Below, piece after piece: positions 25,101 to 40,100 of a stretch of DNA of 64,000 nt; positions within the stretch are counted from its first letter, which is position 1; each line of letters begins with the position of its first letter. The translations under genes were made by a program, and so were the position numbers. The notes under the pieces were generated by a model. It was not told where the DNA came from and did not search any database. It saw only the letters and a list, made by a program, of their open reading frames with translations. The stretch is from NCBI GenBank assembly GCA_964016885.1, contig OZ024742.1:16616001-16680000 (forward strand), written 5' to 3'. Source of the stretch: Eledone cirrhosa. Taxonomy: Eukaryota.

Positions 25101-28100
25101 TGTTACCATCCACGATGTCTCTCCTCCTGTCACCATCCCCAATATCTCTCCTCCTGTCACCATCCCCAATATCTGTCCTCCTGTCACCATCCCCAATATC
25201 TCTCCTCCTGTCACAATCCCTAATGTCTCTGCTCATGTCACCATCCCCAATGTCTCTCCTCTTGTTACCATCCACGATGTCTCTCCTCCTGTCACCATCC
25301 CCAATATCTCTCCTCCTGTCACCATCCCCAATGTCTCTCCTCCTGTCACCATCCCCAATGTCTCTCCTCCTTTCACCATTCCCAATATCTCTCCGCCTGT
25401 CACCATCCCCAATGTCTCTCCTCCTGTCACCAACCCCAATATCTCTCCTCCTGTCACCATCCCCAATTTCTCTCCTCCTGTCACCATCCCCAATATCTCT
25501 CCTCCTGTCACCATCCCCAATCTCTCTCCTCCAGTCACCATCCCCAATGTCTCTCCTCCTGTCACCATCCCCAATGTCTCTCCTCCTGTCACCATCCCTA
25601 ATCTCTCTCGTCCTGTCACCATCCCCAATGTCTCCCCTCCTGTCACCATCCCCAATGTCTCTCCTGCTGTCACCATCCCCAATGTCTCTCCACCTGTCAC
25701 CATCCCCAATGTCTCGCGTCCTGTCACCATCCCCAATGTCTCTCCTCCTGTCACCATCCCCAATGTCTCTCCTACTGTCACCATCCCCAATATCACTCCT
25801 CCTGTCATCATCCACAATATCTCCTCCCGTCCCCATCCCAAATGTCTCTCCACCTGTCACCATCCCCAATGTCTCTCCTTCTGTCACCATCCCCAATGTC
25901 TCTCCTCCTGTCACCATCCCGAATGTCTCTCCACCTGTCACCATCCCCAATATCTCTCCTCCTGTCACCATCCCCAATATCTCTCCTCCTGTCACCATCC
26001 CCAATGTCTCTCATCCTGTCACCATCCCCAATATCTCTCCTCCTGTCACCATCCCCAATGTCTCTCCTCCTGTCACCATCCCCAATATCTCTCCTCCTGT
26101 CACCATCCCCAATGTCTCTCCTCCTGTCACCATCCCCAATATCTCTCCTCCTGTCACCATCCTCAATCTCTCTCCTCCTGTCACCATCCCCAATCTCTCT
26201 CCTCCTGTCACCATCCCAAATCTCTCTCCACCTGTCACCATCCCCAATGTCTCTCCTCCTGTCACCATCCGCAATATCTCTCTTCCTGTCACCATCCCCA
26301 ATATATCTCCTCCTGTCGCCATGCCTAATGTCTCTCCTCCTGTCACCATCCCCAATGTCTCTCCTCCTCTCACCATCCCCAATGTCTCTCCACCTGTCAC
26401 CATCCCCAAATGTCTGTCCTCTTGTCACCATCCCCAATATCTCTCCTCCTGTCACCATCCCCAATATCTCTCCTCCTGTCACCATCCCCAATATCTCTCC
26501 TCCTGTCACAATCCCTAATGTCTCTGCTCATGTCACCATCCCCAATGTCTCTCCTCCTGTCACCATCCCCAATGTCTCTCCTCCTGTCACCATCCCCAAT
26601 GTCTCTCCTCTTGTTACCATCCACGATGTCTCTCCTCCTGTCACCATCCCCAATATCTCTCCTCCTGTCACCATCCCCAATGTCTCTCCTCCTGTCACCA
26701 TCCCCAATGTCTCTGCTCCTTTCACCATCCCCAATATCTCTCCGCCTGTCACCATCCCCAATGTCTCTCCTCCTGTCACCAACCCCAATATCTCTCCTCC
26801 TGTCACCATCCCCAATTTCTCTCCTCCTGTCACCATCCCCAATATCTCTCCTCCTGTCCCCATCCCCAATGTCTTTCCGCCTGTCACCATCCCCAATGTC
26901 TCTCCTCCTGTCACCATCCCCAATATCTCTCCTCCTGTCACCATCCCCAATGTCTCTCCTCCTGTCACCATCCCCAATATCTCTCCTCCTTTCACCATCC
27001 CCAATATCTCTCCTCCTGTCACCATCCCCAATATCTCTCCTCCTGTCACAATCACCAATGTCTCTCTTCCTGTCACCATCCCCAATATCTCTCCTCCTGT
27101 CACCATCCACAATGTCTCTCCTCCTGTCACCATCCCCAATGTCTCTCCTCCTGTCACCATCGCCAATATCTCTCCTCCTGTCACCATCACCAATGTCTCT
27201 CCTCCTGTCACCATCCCCAATGTCTCTCCTCCTGTCACCATCCCCAATATCTCACCTCCTGTCACCATCCCCAATTTCTCTCCTCCTGTCACCATCCCCA
27301 ATATCTCTCCTCCTGTCACCATCCCCAATGTCTCTCCTCCTGTCACCATCCTCAATCTCTCTCCTCCTGTCACCATCCCCAATCTCTCTCCTCCTGTCAC
27401 CATCCCAAATCTCTCTCCACCTGTCACCATCCCCAATGTCTCTCCTCCTGTCACCATCCGCAATATCTCTCTTCCTGTCACCATCCCCAATATATCTCCT
27501 CCTGTCGCCATCCCTAAATTCTCTCCTCCTGTCACCATCCCCAATGTCTCTCCTCCTCTCACCATCCCCAATGTCTCTCCACCTGTCACCATCCCCAAAT
27601 GTCTGTCCTCTTGTCACCATCCCCAATATCTCTCCTCCTGTCACCATCCCCAATATCTCTCCTCCTGTCACCATCCCCAATATCTCTCCTCCTGTCACAA
27701 TCCCTAATGTCTCTGCTCATGTCACCATCCCCAATGTCTCTCCTCCTGTCACCATCCCCAATGTCTCTCCTCCTGTCACCATCCCCAATGTCTCTCCTCT
27801 TGTTACCATCCACGATGTCTCTCCTCCTGTCACCATCCCTAATGTCTCTCCTCCTGTCACCATCCCCAATATCTCTCCTCCTGTCACCATCCCCAATATC
27901 TCTCCTCCTGTCACCATCCCCAATATCTCTCCTCCTGTCACCAACCCCAATATCTCTCCTCCTGTCACCATCCCCAATTTCTCTCCTCCTGTCACCATCC
28001 CCAATATCTCTCCTCCTGTCCCCATCCCCAATGTCTTTCCGCCTGTCACCATCCCCAATGTCTCTCCTCCTGTCACCATCCCCAATATCTCTCCTCCTGT

Positions 28101-31100
28101 CACCATCCCCAATGTCTCTCCTCCTTTCACCATCCGCAATATCTCTCCTCCTGTCACCATCCCCAATATCTCTCCTCCTGTCACCATCCCCAATGTCTCT
28201 CCTCCTTTCACCATCCGCAATATCTCTCCTCCTGTCACCATCCCCAATATCTCTCCTCCTTTCACCATCCGCAATATCTCTCTTCCTGTCACCATCCCCA
28301 ATATCTCTCCTCCTGTCACCATCCCCAATATCTCTCTTCCTGTCACCATCCCCAATATCTCTCTTCCTGTCACCATCCCCAATATCTCTCCTCCTGTCAC
28401 CATCCCCAATATATCTCCTCCTGTCACCATCCCCAATATCTCTCCTCCTGTCACAATCCCTAATGTCTCTCCTCCTGTCACCATCCCCAATGTCTCTCCT
28501 CCTGTCACAATCCCTAATGTCTCTCCTCCTGTCACCATCCCCAATATATCTCCTCCTGTCACCATCCCCAATATCTCTCCTCCTGTCACAATCCCTAATG
28601 TCTCTCCTCCTGTCACCATCCCCAATATCTCTCCTCCTGTCACCAACCCCAATATCTCTCCTCCTGTCACCATCCCCAATGTCTCTCCTCCTGTCACCAT
28701 CCCCAATGTCTCTCCTCCTGTCACCATCCCCAATGTCTCTCCTCCTCTCACCATCCCCAATGTCTCTCCACCTGTCACCATCCCCAATGTCTCTCCTCTT
28801 GTCACCATCCCCAATATCTCTCCTCCTGTCACCATCCCCAATATCTGTCCTCCTGTCACCATCCCCAATATCTCTCCTCCTGTCACAATCCCTAATGTCT
28901 CTGCTCATGTCACCATCCCCAATGTCTCTCCTCTTGTTACCATCCACGATGTCTCTCCTCCTGTCACCATCCCCAATATCTCTCCTCCTGTCACCATCCC
29001 CAATATCTGTCCTCCTGTCACCATCCCCAATATCTCTCCTCCTGTCACAATCCCTAATGTCTCTGCTCATGTCACCATCCCCAATGTCTCTCCTCTTGTT
29101 ACCATCCACGATGTCTCTCCTCCTGTCACCATCCCCAATATCTCTCCTCCTGTCACCATCCCCAATGTCTCTCCTCCTGTCACCATCCCCAATGTCTCTC
29201 CTCCTTTCACCATTCCCAATATCTCTCCGCCTGTCACCATCCCCAATGTCTCTCCTCCTGTCACCAACCCCAATATCTCTCCTCCTGTCACCATCCCCAA
29301 TTTCTCTCCTCCTGTCACCATCCCCAATATCTCTCCTCCTGTCACCATCCCCAATCTCTCTCCTCCAGTCACCATCCCCAATGTCTCTCCTCCTGTCACC
29401 ATCCCCAATGTCTCTCCTCCTGTCACCATCCCTAATCTCTCTCGTCCTGTCACCATCCCCAATGTCTCCCCTCCTGTCACCATCCCCAATGTCTCTCCTG
29501 CTGTCACCATCCCCAATGTCTCTCCACCTGTCACCATCCCCAATGTCTCGCGTCCTGTCACCATCCCCAATGTCTCTCCTCCTGTCACCATCCCCAATGT
29601 CTCTCCTACTGTCACCATCCCCAATATCACTCCTCCTGTCATCATCCACAATATCTCCTCCCGTCCCCATCCCAAATGTCTCTCCACCTGTCACCATCCC
29701 CAATGTCTCTCCTTCTGTCACCATCCCCAATGTCTCTCCTCCTGTCACCATCCCGAATGTCTCTCCACCTGTCACCATCCCCAATATCTCTCCTCCTGTC
29801 ACCATCCCCAATATCTCTCCTCCTGTCACCATCCCCAATGTCTCTCATCCTGTCACCATCCCCAATATCTCTCCTCCTGTCACCATCCCCAATGTCTCTC
29901 CTCCTGTCACCATCCCCAATATCTCTCCTCCTGTCACCATCCCCAATGTCTCTCCTCCTGTCACCATCCCCAATATCTCTCCTCCTGTCACCATCCTCAA
30001 TCTCTCTCCTCCTGTCACCATCCCCAATCTCTCTCCTCCTGTCACCATCCCAAATCTCTCTCCACCTGTCACCATCCCCAATGTCTCTCCTCCTGTCACC
30101 ATCCGCAATATCTCTCTTCCTGTCACCATCCCCAATATATCTCCTCCTGTCGCCATGCCTAATGTCTCTCCTCCTGTCACCATCCCCAATGTCTCTCCTC
30201 CTCTCACCATCCCCAATGTCTCTCCACCTGTCACCATCCCCAAATGTCTGTCCTCTTGTCACCATCCCCAATATCTCTCCTCCTGTCACCATCCCCAATA
30301 TCTCTCCTCCTGTCACCATCCCCAATATCTCTCCTCCTGTCACAATCCCTAATGTCTCTGCTCATGTCACCATCCCCAATGTCTCTCCTCCTGTCACCAT
30401 CCCCAATGTCTCTCCTCCTGTCACCATCCCCAATGTCTCTCCTCTTGTTACCATCCACGATGTCTCTCCTCCTGTCACCATCCCCAATATCTCTCCTCCT
30501 GTCACCATCCCCAATGTCTCTCCTCCTGTCACCATCCCCAATGTCTCTGCTCCTTTCACCATCCCCAATATCTCTCCGCCTGTCACCATCCCCAATGTCT
30601 CTCCTCCTGTCACCAACCCCAATATCTCTCCTCCTGTCACCATCCCCAATTTCTCTCCTCCTGTCACCATCCCCAATATCTCTCCTCCTGTCCCCATCCC
30701 CAATGTCTTTCCGCCTGTCACCATCCCCAATGTCTCTCCTCCTGTCACCATCCCCAATATCTCTCCTCCTGTCACCATCCCCAATGTCTCTCCTCCTGTC
30801 ACCATCCCCAATATCTCTCCTCCTTTCACCATCCCCAATATCTCTCCTCCTGTCACCATCCCCAATATCTCTCCTCCTGTCACAATCACCAATGTCTCTC
30901 TTCCTGTCACCATCCCCAATATCTCTCCTCCTGTCACCATCCACAATGTCTCTCCTCCTGTCACCATCCCCAATGTCTCTCCTCCTGTCACCATCGCCAA
31001 TATCTCTCCTCCTGTCACCATCACCAATGTCTCTCCTCCTGTCACCATCCCCAATGTCTCTCCTCCTGTCACCATCCCCAATATCTCACCTCCTGTCACC

Positions 31101-34100
31101 ATCCCCAATTTCTCTCCTCCTGTCACCATTCCCAATGTCTCTCCGCCTGTCACCATCCCTAATGTCTCTCCTCCTATCACCATCCCTAATGTCTCTCCTC
31201 CTGTCACCATCCCCAATGTCTCTCCTCCTGTCACCATCTCCAATCTCTCTCCTCCTGTCACCATCCCTAATGTCTCTCCTCCTATCACCATCCCCAATGT
31301 CTCTCCTCCTGTCACCATCCACGATGTCTCTCCTCCTGTCACCATCCCCAATATCTCTCATCCTATCACCATCCCCAATGTCTCTCCTCCTGTCACCATC
31401 CCCAATATCTCTCCTCGTGTCACCATCCCCAATATCTCTCTTCCTGTCACCATCCCCAATATATCTCCTCCTGTCACCATCCCTAATGTCTCTCCTCCTG
31501 TCACCATCCCCAATGTCTCTCCTCCTGTCACCATCCCTAATCTGTCTCGTCCTGTCACCATCCCCAATGTCTCCCCTCCTGTCACCATCCCCAATGTCTC
31601 TCCACCTGTCACCATCCCCAATGTCTCTCCTCCTGTCACCATCCCTAATCTCTCTCGTCCTGTCACCATCCCCAATGTCTCCCCTCCTGTCACCATCCCC
31701 AATATCTCTCCTCCTGTCACCATCCCCAATGTCTCTCCTCCTGTCACCATCCCCAATATCTCTCCTCCTGTCACCATCCTCAATCTCTCTCCTCCTGTCA
31801 CCATCCCAAATATCTCTCCTCCTGTCACCATCCCCAATGTCTCTCCTCCTGTCACCATCCCCAATGTCTGTCCTCTTGTCACCATCCTCAATATCTCTCC
31901 TCCTGTCGCCATCCCCAATGTCTCTCCTCCTGTCACCATACCCACTATCTCTCCTCCTATCACCATCCCCAATGTCTATCCTCCTGTCACCATCCCCAAT
32001 ATCTCTCCTCATGTCACCATCCCCAATATCTCTCCTCCTGTCACAATCCCCAATGTCTCTCCCCCTGTCACCATCCCCAATGTCTCTCCTCCTGTCACCA
32101 CCCCCAATGTTTCTCCTCCTGTCACCATCCCCTATATCTCTCCTCCTGTCACCATCCCCAATATCTCTCCTCCTGTCACCATCCCCAATGTCTCTCCTCC
32201 TGTCACCATCCCCAATGTCTCTCCTCCTGTCACCATCCCCAATGTCTCTCCTCCTGTCACCATCCCCAATGTCTCACCTCCTGTCACCATCCCCAATATC
32301 TCTCCTCCTGTCACCATCCCCAATGTCTCTCCTCCTGTCACCATCCCCAATTTCTCTCCTCCAGTCACCATCCCCAATGTCTCTCCTCCTGTCACCATCC
32401 CCAATGTCTCTCCTCCTGTCACCATCCCTAATCTCTCTCGTCCTGTCACCATCCCCAATGTCTCCCCTCCTGTCACCATCCCCAATGTATCTCCTGCTGT
32501 CACCATCCCCAATGTCTCTCCACCTGTCGCCATCCCCAATGTCTCGCGTCCTGTCACCATCCCCAATGTCTCTCCTCCTGTCACCATCCCCAATGTCTCT
32601 CCTACTGTCACCATCCCCAATATCTCTCCTCCTGTCACCATCCCCAATGTCTCTCCTCCTGTCACCATCCTCAATCTCTCTCCTCCTGTCACCATCCCCA
32701 ATCTCTCTCCTCCTGTCACCATCCCAAATCTCTCTCCACCTGTCACCATCCCCAATGTCTCTCCTCCTGTCACCATCCGCAATATCTCTCTTCCTGTCAC
32801 CATCCCCAATATATCTCCTCCTGTCGCCATCCCTAAATTCTCTCCTCCTGTCACCATCCCCAATGTCTCTCCTCCTCTCACCATCCCCAATGTCTCTCCA
32901 CCTGTCACCATCCCCAAATGTCTGTCCTCTTGTCACCATCCCCAATATCTCTCCTCCTGTCACCATCCCCAATATCTCTCCTCCTGTCACCATCCCCAAT
33001 ATCTCTCCTCCTGTCACAATCCCTAATGTCTCTGCTCATGTCACCATCCCCAATGTCTCTCCTCCTGTCACCATCCCCAATGTCTCTCCTCCTGTCACCA
33101 TCCCCAATGTCTCTCCTCTTGTTACCATCCACGATGTCTCTCCTCCTGTCACCATCCCTAATGTCTCTCCTCCTGTCACCATCCCCAATGTCTCTCCTCC
33201 TTTCACCATCCCCAATATCTCTCCGCCTGTCACCATCCCCAATGTCTCTCCTCCTGTCACCATCCCCAATATCTCTCCTCCTGTCACCATCCCCAATATC
33301 TCTCCTCCTGTCACCATCCCCAATATCTCTCCTCCTGTCACCAACCCCAATATCTCTCCTCCTGTCACCATCCCCAATTTCTCTCCTCCTGTCACCATCC
33401 CCAATATCTCTCCTCCTGTCCCCATCCCCAATGTCTTTCCGCCTGTCACCATCCCCAATGTCTCTCCTCCTGTCACCATCCCCAATATCTCTCCTCCTGT
33501 CACCATCCCCAATGTCTCTCCTCCTTTCACCATCCGCAATATCTCTCCTCCTGTCACCATCCCCAATATCTCTCCTCCTGTCACCATCCCCAATGTCTCT
33601 CCTCCTTTCACCATCCGCAATATCTCTCCTCCTGTCACCATCCCCAATATCTCTCCTCCTTTCACCATCCGCAATATCTCTCTTCCTGTCACCATCCCCA
33701 ATATCTCTCCTCCTGTCACCATCCCCAATATCTCTCTTCCTGTCACCATCCCCAATATCTCTCTTCCTGTCACCATCCCCAATATCTCTCCTCCTGTCAC
33801 CATCCCCAATATATCTCCTCCTGTCACCATCCCCAATATCTCTCCTCCTGTCACAATCCCTAATGTCTCTCCTCCTGTCACCATCCCCAATGTCTCTCCT
33901 CCTGTCACAATCCCTAATGTCTCTCCTCCTGTCACCATCCCCAATATATCTCCTCCTGTCACCATCCCCAATATCTCTCCTCCTGTCACAATCCCTAATG
34001 TCTCTCCTCCTGTCACCATCCCCAATATCTCTCCTCCTGTCACCAACCCCAATATCTCTCCTCCTGTCACCATCCCCAATGTCTCTCCTCCTGTCACCAT

Positions 34101-37100
34101 CCCCAATGTCTCTCCTCCTGTCACCATCCCCAATGTCTCTCCTCCTCTCACCATCCCCAATGTCTCTCCACCTGTCACCATCCCCAATGTCTCTCCTCTT
34201 GTCACCATCCCCAATATCTCTCCTCCTGTCACCATCCCCAATATCTGTCCTCCTGTCACCATCCCCAATATCTCTCCTCCTGTCACAATCCCTAATGTCT
34301 CTGCTCATGTCACCATCCCCAATGTCTCTCCTCTTGTTACCATCCACGATGTCTCTCCTCCTGTCACCATCCCCAATATCTCTCCTCCTGTCACCATCCC
34401 CAATATCTGTCCTCCTGTCACCATCCCCAATATCTCTCCTCCTGTCACAATCCCTAATGTCTCTGCTCATGTCACCATCCCCAATGTCTCTCCTCTTGTT
34501 ACCATCCACGATGTCTCTCCTCCTGTCACCATCCCCAATATCTCTCCTCCTGTCACCATCCCCAATGTCTCTCCTCCTGTCACCATCCCCAATGTCTCTT
34601 CTCCTTTCACCATTCCCAATATCTCTCCGCCTGTCACCATCCCCAATGTCTCTCCTCCTGTCACCAACCCCAATATCTCTCCTCCTGTCACCATCCCCAA
34701 TTTCTCTCCTCCTGTCACCATCCCCAATATCTCTCCTCCTGTCACCATCCCCAATCTCTCTCCTCCAGTCACCATCCCCAATGTCTCTCCTCCTGTCACC
34801 ATCCCCAATGTCTCTCCTCCTGTCACCATCCCTAATCTCTCTCGTCCTGTCACCATCCCCAATGTCTCCCCTCCTGTCACCATCCCCAATGTCTCTCCTG
34901 CTGTCACCATCCCCAATGTCTCTCCACCTGTCACCATCCCCAATGTCTCGCGTCCTGTCACCATCCCCAATGTCTCTCCTCCTGTCACCATCCCCAATGT
35001 CTCTCCTACTGTCACCATCCCCAATATCACTCCTCCTGTCATCATCCACAATATCTCCTCCCGTCCCCATCCCAAATGTCTCTCCACCTGTCACCATCCC
35101 CAATGTCTCTCCTTCTGTCACCATCCCCAATGTCTCTCCTCCTGTCACCATCCCGAATGTCTCTCCACCTGTCACCATCCCCAATATCTCTCCTCCTGTC
35201 ACCATCCCCAATATCTCTCCTCCTGTCACCATCCCCAATGTCTCTCATCCTGTCACCATCCCCAATATCTCTCCTCCTGTCACCATCCCCAATGTCTCTC
35301 CTCCTGTCACCATCCCCAATATCTCTCCTCCTGTCACCATCCCCAATGTCTCTCCTCCTGTCACCATCCCCAATATCTCTCCTCCTGTCACCATCCTCAA
35401 TCTCTCTCCTCCTGTCACCATCCCCAATCTCTCTCCTCCTGTCACCATCCCAAATCTCTCTCCACCTGTCACCATCCCCAATGTCTCTCCTCCTGTCACC
35501 ATCCGCAATATCTCTCTTCCTGTCACCATCCCCAATATATCTCCTCCTGTCGCCATGCCTAATGTCTCTCCTCCTGTCACCATCCCCAATGTCTCTCCTC
35601 CTCTCACCATCCCCAATGTCTCTCCACCTGTCACCATCCCCAAATGTCTGTCCTCTTGTCACCATCCCCAATATCTCTCCTCCTGTCACCATCCCCAATA
35701 TCTCTCCTCCTGTCACCATCCCCAATATCTCTCCTCCTGTCACAATCCCTAATGTCTCTGCTCATGTCACCATCCCCAATGTCTCTCCTCCTGTCACCAT
35801 CCCCAATGTCTCTCCTCCTGTCACCATCCCCAATGTCTCTCCTCTTGTTACCATCCACGATGTCTCTCCTCCTGTCACCATCCCCAATATCTCTCCTCCT
35901 GTCACCATCCCCAATGTCTCTCCTCCTGTCACCATCCCCAATGTCTCTGCTCCTTTCACCATCCCCAATATCTCTCCGCCTGTCACCATCCCCAATGTCT
36001 CTCCTCCTGTCACCAACCCCAATATCTCTCCTCCTGTCACCATCCCCAATTTCTCTCCTCCTGTCACCATCCCCAATATCTCTCCTCCTGTCCCCATCCC
36101 CAATGTCTTTCCGCCTGTCACCATCCCCAATGTCTCTCCTCCTGTCACCATCCCCAATATCTCTCCTCCTGTCACCATCCCCAATGTCTCTCCTCCTGTC
36201 ACCATCCCCAATATCTCTCCTCCTTTCACCATCCCCAATATCTCTCCTCCTGTCACCATCCCCAATATCTCTCCTCCTGTCACAATCACCAATGTCTCTC
36301 TTCCTGTCACCATCCCCAATATCTCTCCTCCTGTCACCATCCACAATGTCTCTCCTCCTGTCACCATCCCCAATGTCTCTCCTCCTGTCACCATCGCCAA
36401 TATCTCTCCTCCTGTCACCATCACCAATGTCTCTCCTCCTGTCACCATCCCCAATGTCTCTCCTCCTGTCACCATCCCCAATATCTCACCTCCTGTCACC
36501 ATCCCCAATTTCTCTCCTCCTGTCACCATTCCCAATGTCTCTCCGCCTGTCACCATCCCTAATGTCTCTCCTCCTATCACCATCCCTAATGTCTCTCCTC
36601 CTGTCACCATCCCCAATGTCTCTCCTCCTGTCACCATCTCCAATCTCTCTCCTCCTGTCACCATCCCTAATGTCTCTCCTCCTATCACCATCCCCAATGT
36701 CTCTCCTCCTGTCACCATCCACGATGTCTCTCCTCCTGTCACCATCCCCAATATCTCTCATCCTATCACCATCCCCAATGTCTCTCCTCCTGTCACCATC
36801 CCCAATATCTCTCCTCGTGTCACCATCCCCAATATCTCTCTTCCTGTCACCATCCCCAATATATCTCCTCCTGTCACCATCCCTAATGTCTCTCCTCCTG
36901 TCACCATCCCCAATGTCTCTCCTCCTGTCACCATCCCTAATCTGTCTCGTCCTGTCACCATCCCCAATGTCTCCCCTCCTGTCACCATCCCCAATGTCTC
37001 TCCACCTGTCACCATCCCCAATGTCTCTCCTCCTGTCACCATCCCTAATCTCTCTCGTCCTGTCACCATCCCCAATGTCTCCCCTCCTGTCACCATCCCC

Positions 37101-40100
37101 AATATCTCTCCTCCTGTCACCATCCCCAATGTCTCTCCTCCTGTCACCATCCCCAATATCTCTCCTCCTGTCACCATCCTCAATCTCTCTCCTCCTGTCA
37201 CCATCCCAAATATCTCTCCTCCTGTCACCATCCCCAATGTCTCTCCTCCTGTCACCATCCCCAATGTCTGTCCTCTTGTCACCATCCTCAATATCTCTCC
37301 TCCTGTCGCCATCCCCAATGTCTCTCCTCCTGTCACCATACCCACTATCTCTCCTCCTATCACCATCCCCAATGTCTATCCTCCTGTCACCATCCCCAAT
37401 ATCTCTCCTCATGTCACCATCCCCAATATCTCTCCTCCTGTCACAATCCCCAATGTCTCTCCCCCTGTCACCATCCCCAATGTCTCTCCTCCTGTCACCA
37501 CCCCCAATGTTTCTCCTCCTGTCACCATCCCCTATATCTCTCCTCCTGTCACCATCCCCAATATCTCTCCTCCTGTCACCATCCCCAATGTCTCTCCTCC
37601 TGTCACCATCCCCAATGTCTCTCCTCCTGTCACCATCCCCAATGTCTCTCCTCCTGTCACCATCCCCAATGTCTCACCTCCTGTCACCATCCCCAATATC
37701 TCTCCTCCTGTCACCATCCCCAATGTCTCTCCTCCTGTCACCATCCCCAATTTCTCTCCTCCAGTCACCATCCCCAATGTCTCTCCTCCTGTCACCATCC
37801 CCAATGTCTCTCCTCCTGTCACCATCCCTAATCTCTCTCGTCCTGTCACCATCCCCAATGTCTCCCCTCCTGTCACCATCCCCAATGTATCTCCTGCTGT
37901 CACCATCCCCAATGTCTCTCCACCTGTCGCCATCCCCAATGTCTCGCGTCCTGTCACCATCCCCAATGTCTCTCCTCCTGTCACCATCCCCAATGTCTCT
38001 CCTACTGTCACCATCCCCAATATCACTCCTCCTGTCACCATCCACAATATCTCCTCCTGTCCCCATCCCAAATGTCTCTCCACCTGTCACCATCCCCAAT
38101 GTCTCTCCTTCTGTCACCATCCCCAATGTCTCTCCTCCTGTCACCATCCCGAATGTCTCTCCACCTGTCACCATCCCCAATATCTCTCCTCCTGTCACCA
38201 TCCCCAATATCTCTCCTCCTGTCACCATCCCCAATGTCTCTCATCCTGTCACCATCCCCAATATCTCTCCTCCTGTCACCATCCCCAATGTCTCTCCACC
38301 TGTCACCATCCCCAATATCTCTCCTCCTGTCACCATCCCCAATGTCTCTCCTCCTGTCACCATCCCCAATATCTCTCCTCCTGTCACCATCCTCAATCTC
38401 TCTCCTCCTGTCACCATCCCCAGTCTCTCTCCTCCTATCACCATCCCAAATCTCTCTCCACCTGTCACCATCCCCAATGTCTCTCCTCCTGTCACCATCC
38501 GCAATATCTCTCTTCCTGTCACCATCCCCAATATATCTCCTCCTGTCACCATCCCTAATGTCTCTCCTCCTGTCACCATCCCCAATGTCTCTCCTCCTTT
38601 CACCATCCCCAATATCTCTCCTCCTGTCACCATCCCCAATTTCTCTCCTCCTGTCACCATCCCCAATATCTCTCCTCCTGTCGCCATCCCCAATGTCTTT
38701 CCGCCTGTCACCATCCCCAATGTCTCTCCTCCTGTCACCATCCCCAATATCTCTCCTCCTGTCACCATCCCCAATGTCTCTCCTCCTGTCACCATCCCCA
38801 ATATCTCTCCTCCTTTCACCATCCCCAATATCTCTCCTCCTGTCACCATCCCCAATACCTCTCCTCCTGTCACAATCACCAATGTCTCTCTTCCTGTCAC
38901 CATCCCCAATATCTCTCCTCCTGTCACCATCCCCAATGTCTCTCCTCCTGTCACCATCCCCAATGTCTCTCCTCCTGTCACCATCGCCAATATCTCTCCT
39001 CCTGTCCCCATCCCCAATGTCTCTCCTCCTGTCACCATCCCCAATATCTCTCCACCTGTCACCATCCCCAATATCTCTCCTCCTGTCACCATCACCAATG
39101 TCTCTCCTCCTGTCACCATCCCCAATGTCTCTCCTCCTGTCACCATCCCCAATATCTCTCCTCCTGTCACCATCCCCAATGTCTCTCCTCCTGTCACCAT
39201 CCTCAATCTCTCTCCTCCTGTCACCATCCCCAATCTCTCTCCTCCTGTCACCATCCCAAATCTCTCTCCACCTGTCACCATCCCCAATGTCTCTCCTCCT
39301 GTCACCATCCGCAATATCTCTCTTCCTGTCACCATCCCCAATATATCTCCTCCTGTCGCCATCCCTAAATTCTCTCCTCCTGTCACCATCCCCAATGTCT
39401 CTCCTCCTCTCACCATCCCCAATGTCTCTCCACCTGTCACCATCCCCAAATGTCTGTTCTCTTGTCACCATCCCCAATATCTCTCCTCCTGTCACCATCC
39501 CCAATATCTCTCCTCCTGTCACCATCCCCAATATCTCTCCTCCTGTCACAATCCCTAATGTCTCTGCTCATGTCACCATCCCCAATGTCTCTCCTCCTGT
39601 CACCATCCCCAATGTCTCTCCTCCTGTTACCATCCACGATGTCTCTCCTCCTGTCACCATCCCTAATGTCTCTCCTCCTGTCACCATCCCCAATGTCTCT
39701 CCTCCTTTCACCATCCCCAATATCTCTCCGCCTGTCACCATCCCCAATGTCTCTCCTCCTGTCACCATCCCCAATATCTCTCCTCCTGTCACCATCCCCA
39801 ATATCTCTCCTCCTGTCACCATCCCCAATATCTCTCCTCCTGTCACCAACCCCAATATCTCTCCTCCTGTCACCATCCCCAATTTCTCTCCTCCTGTCAC
39901 CATCCCCAATATCTCTCCTCCTGTCCCCATCCCCAATGTCTTTCCGCCTGTCACCATCCCCAATGTCTCTCCTCCTGTCACCATCCCCAATATCTCTCCT
40001 CCTGTCACCATCCCCAATGTCTCTCCTCCTTTCACCATCCGCAATATCTCTCCTCCTGTCACCATCCCCAATATCTCTCCTCCTGTCACCATCCCCAATG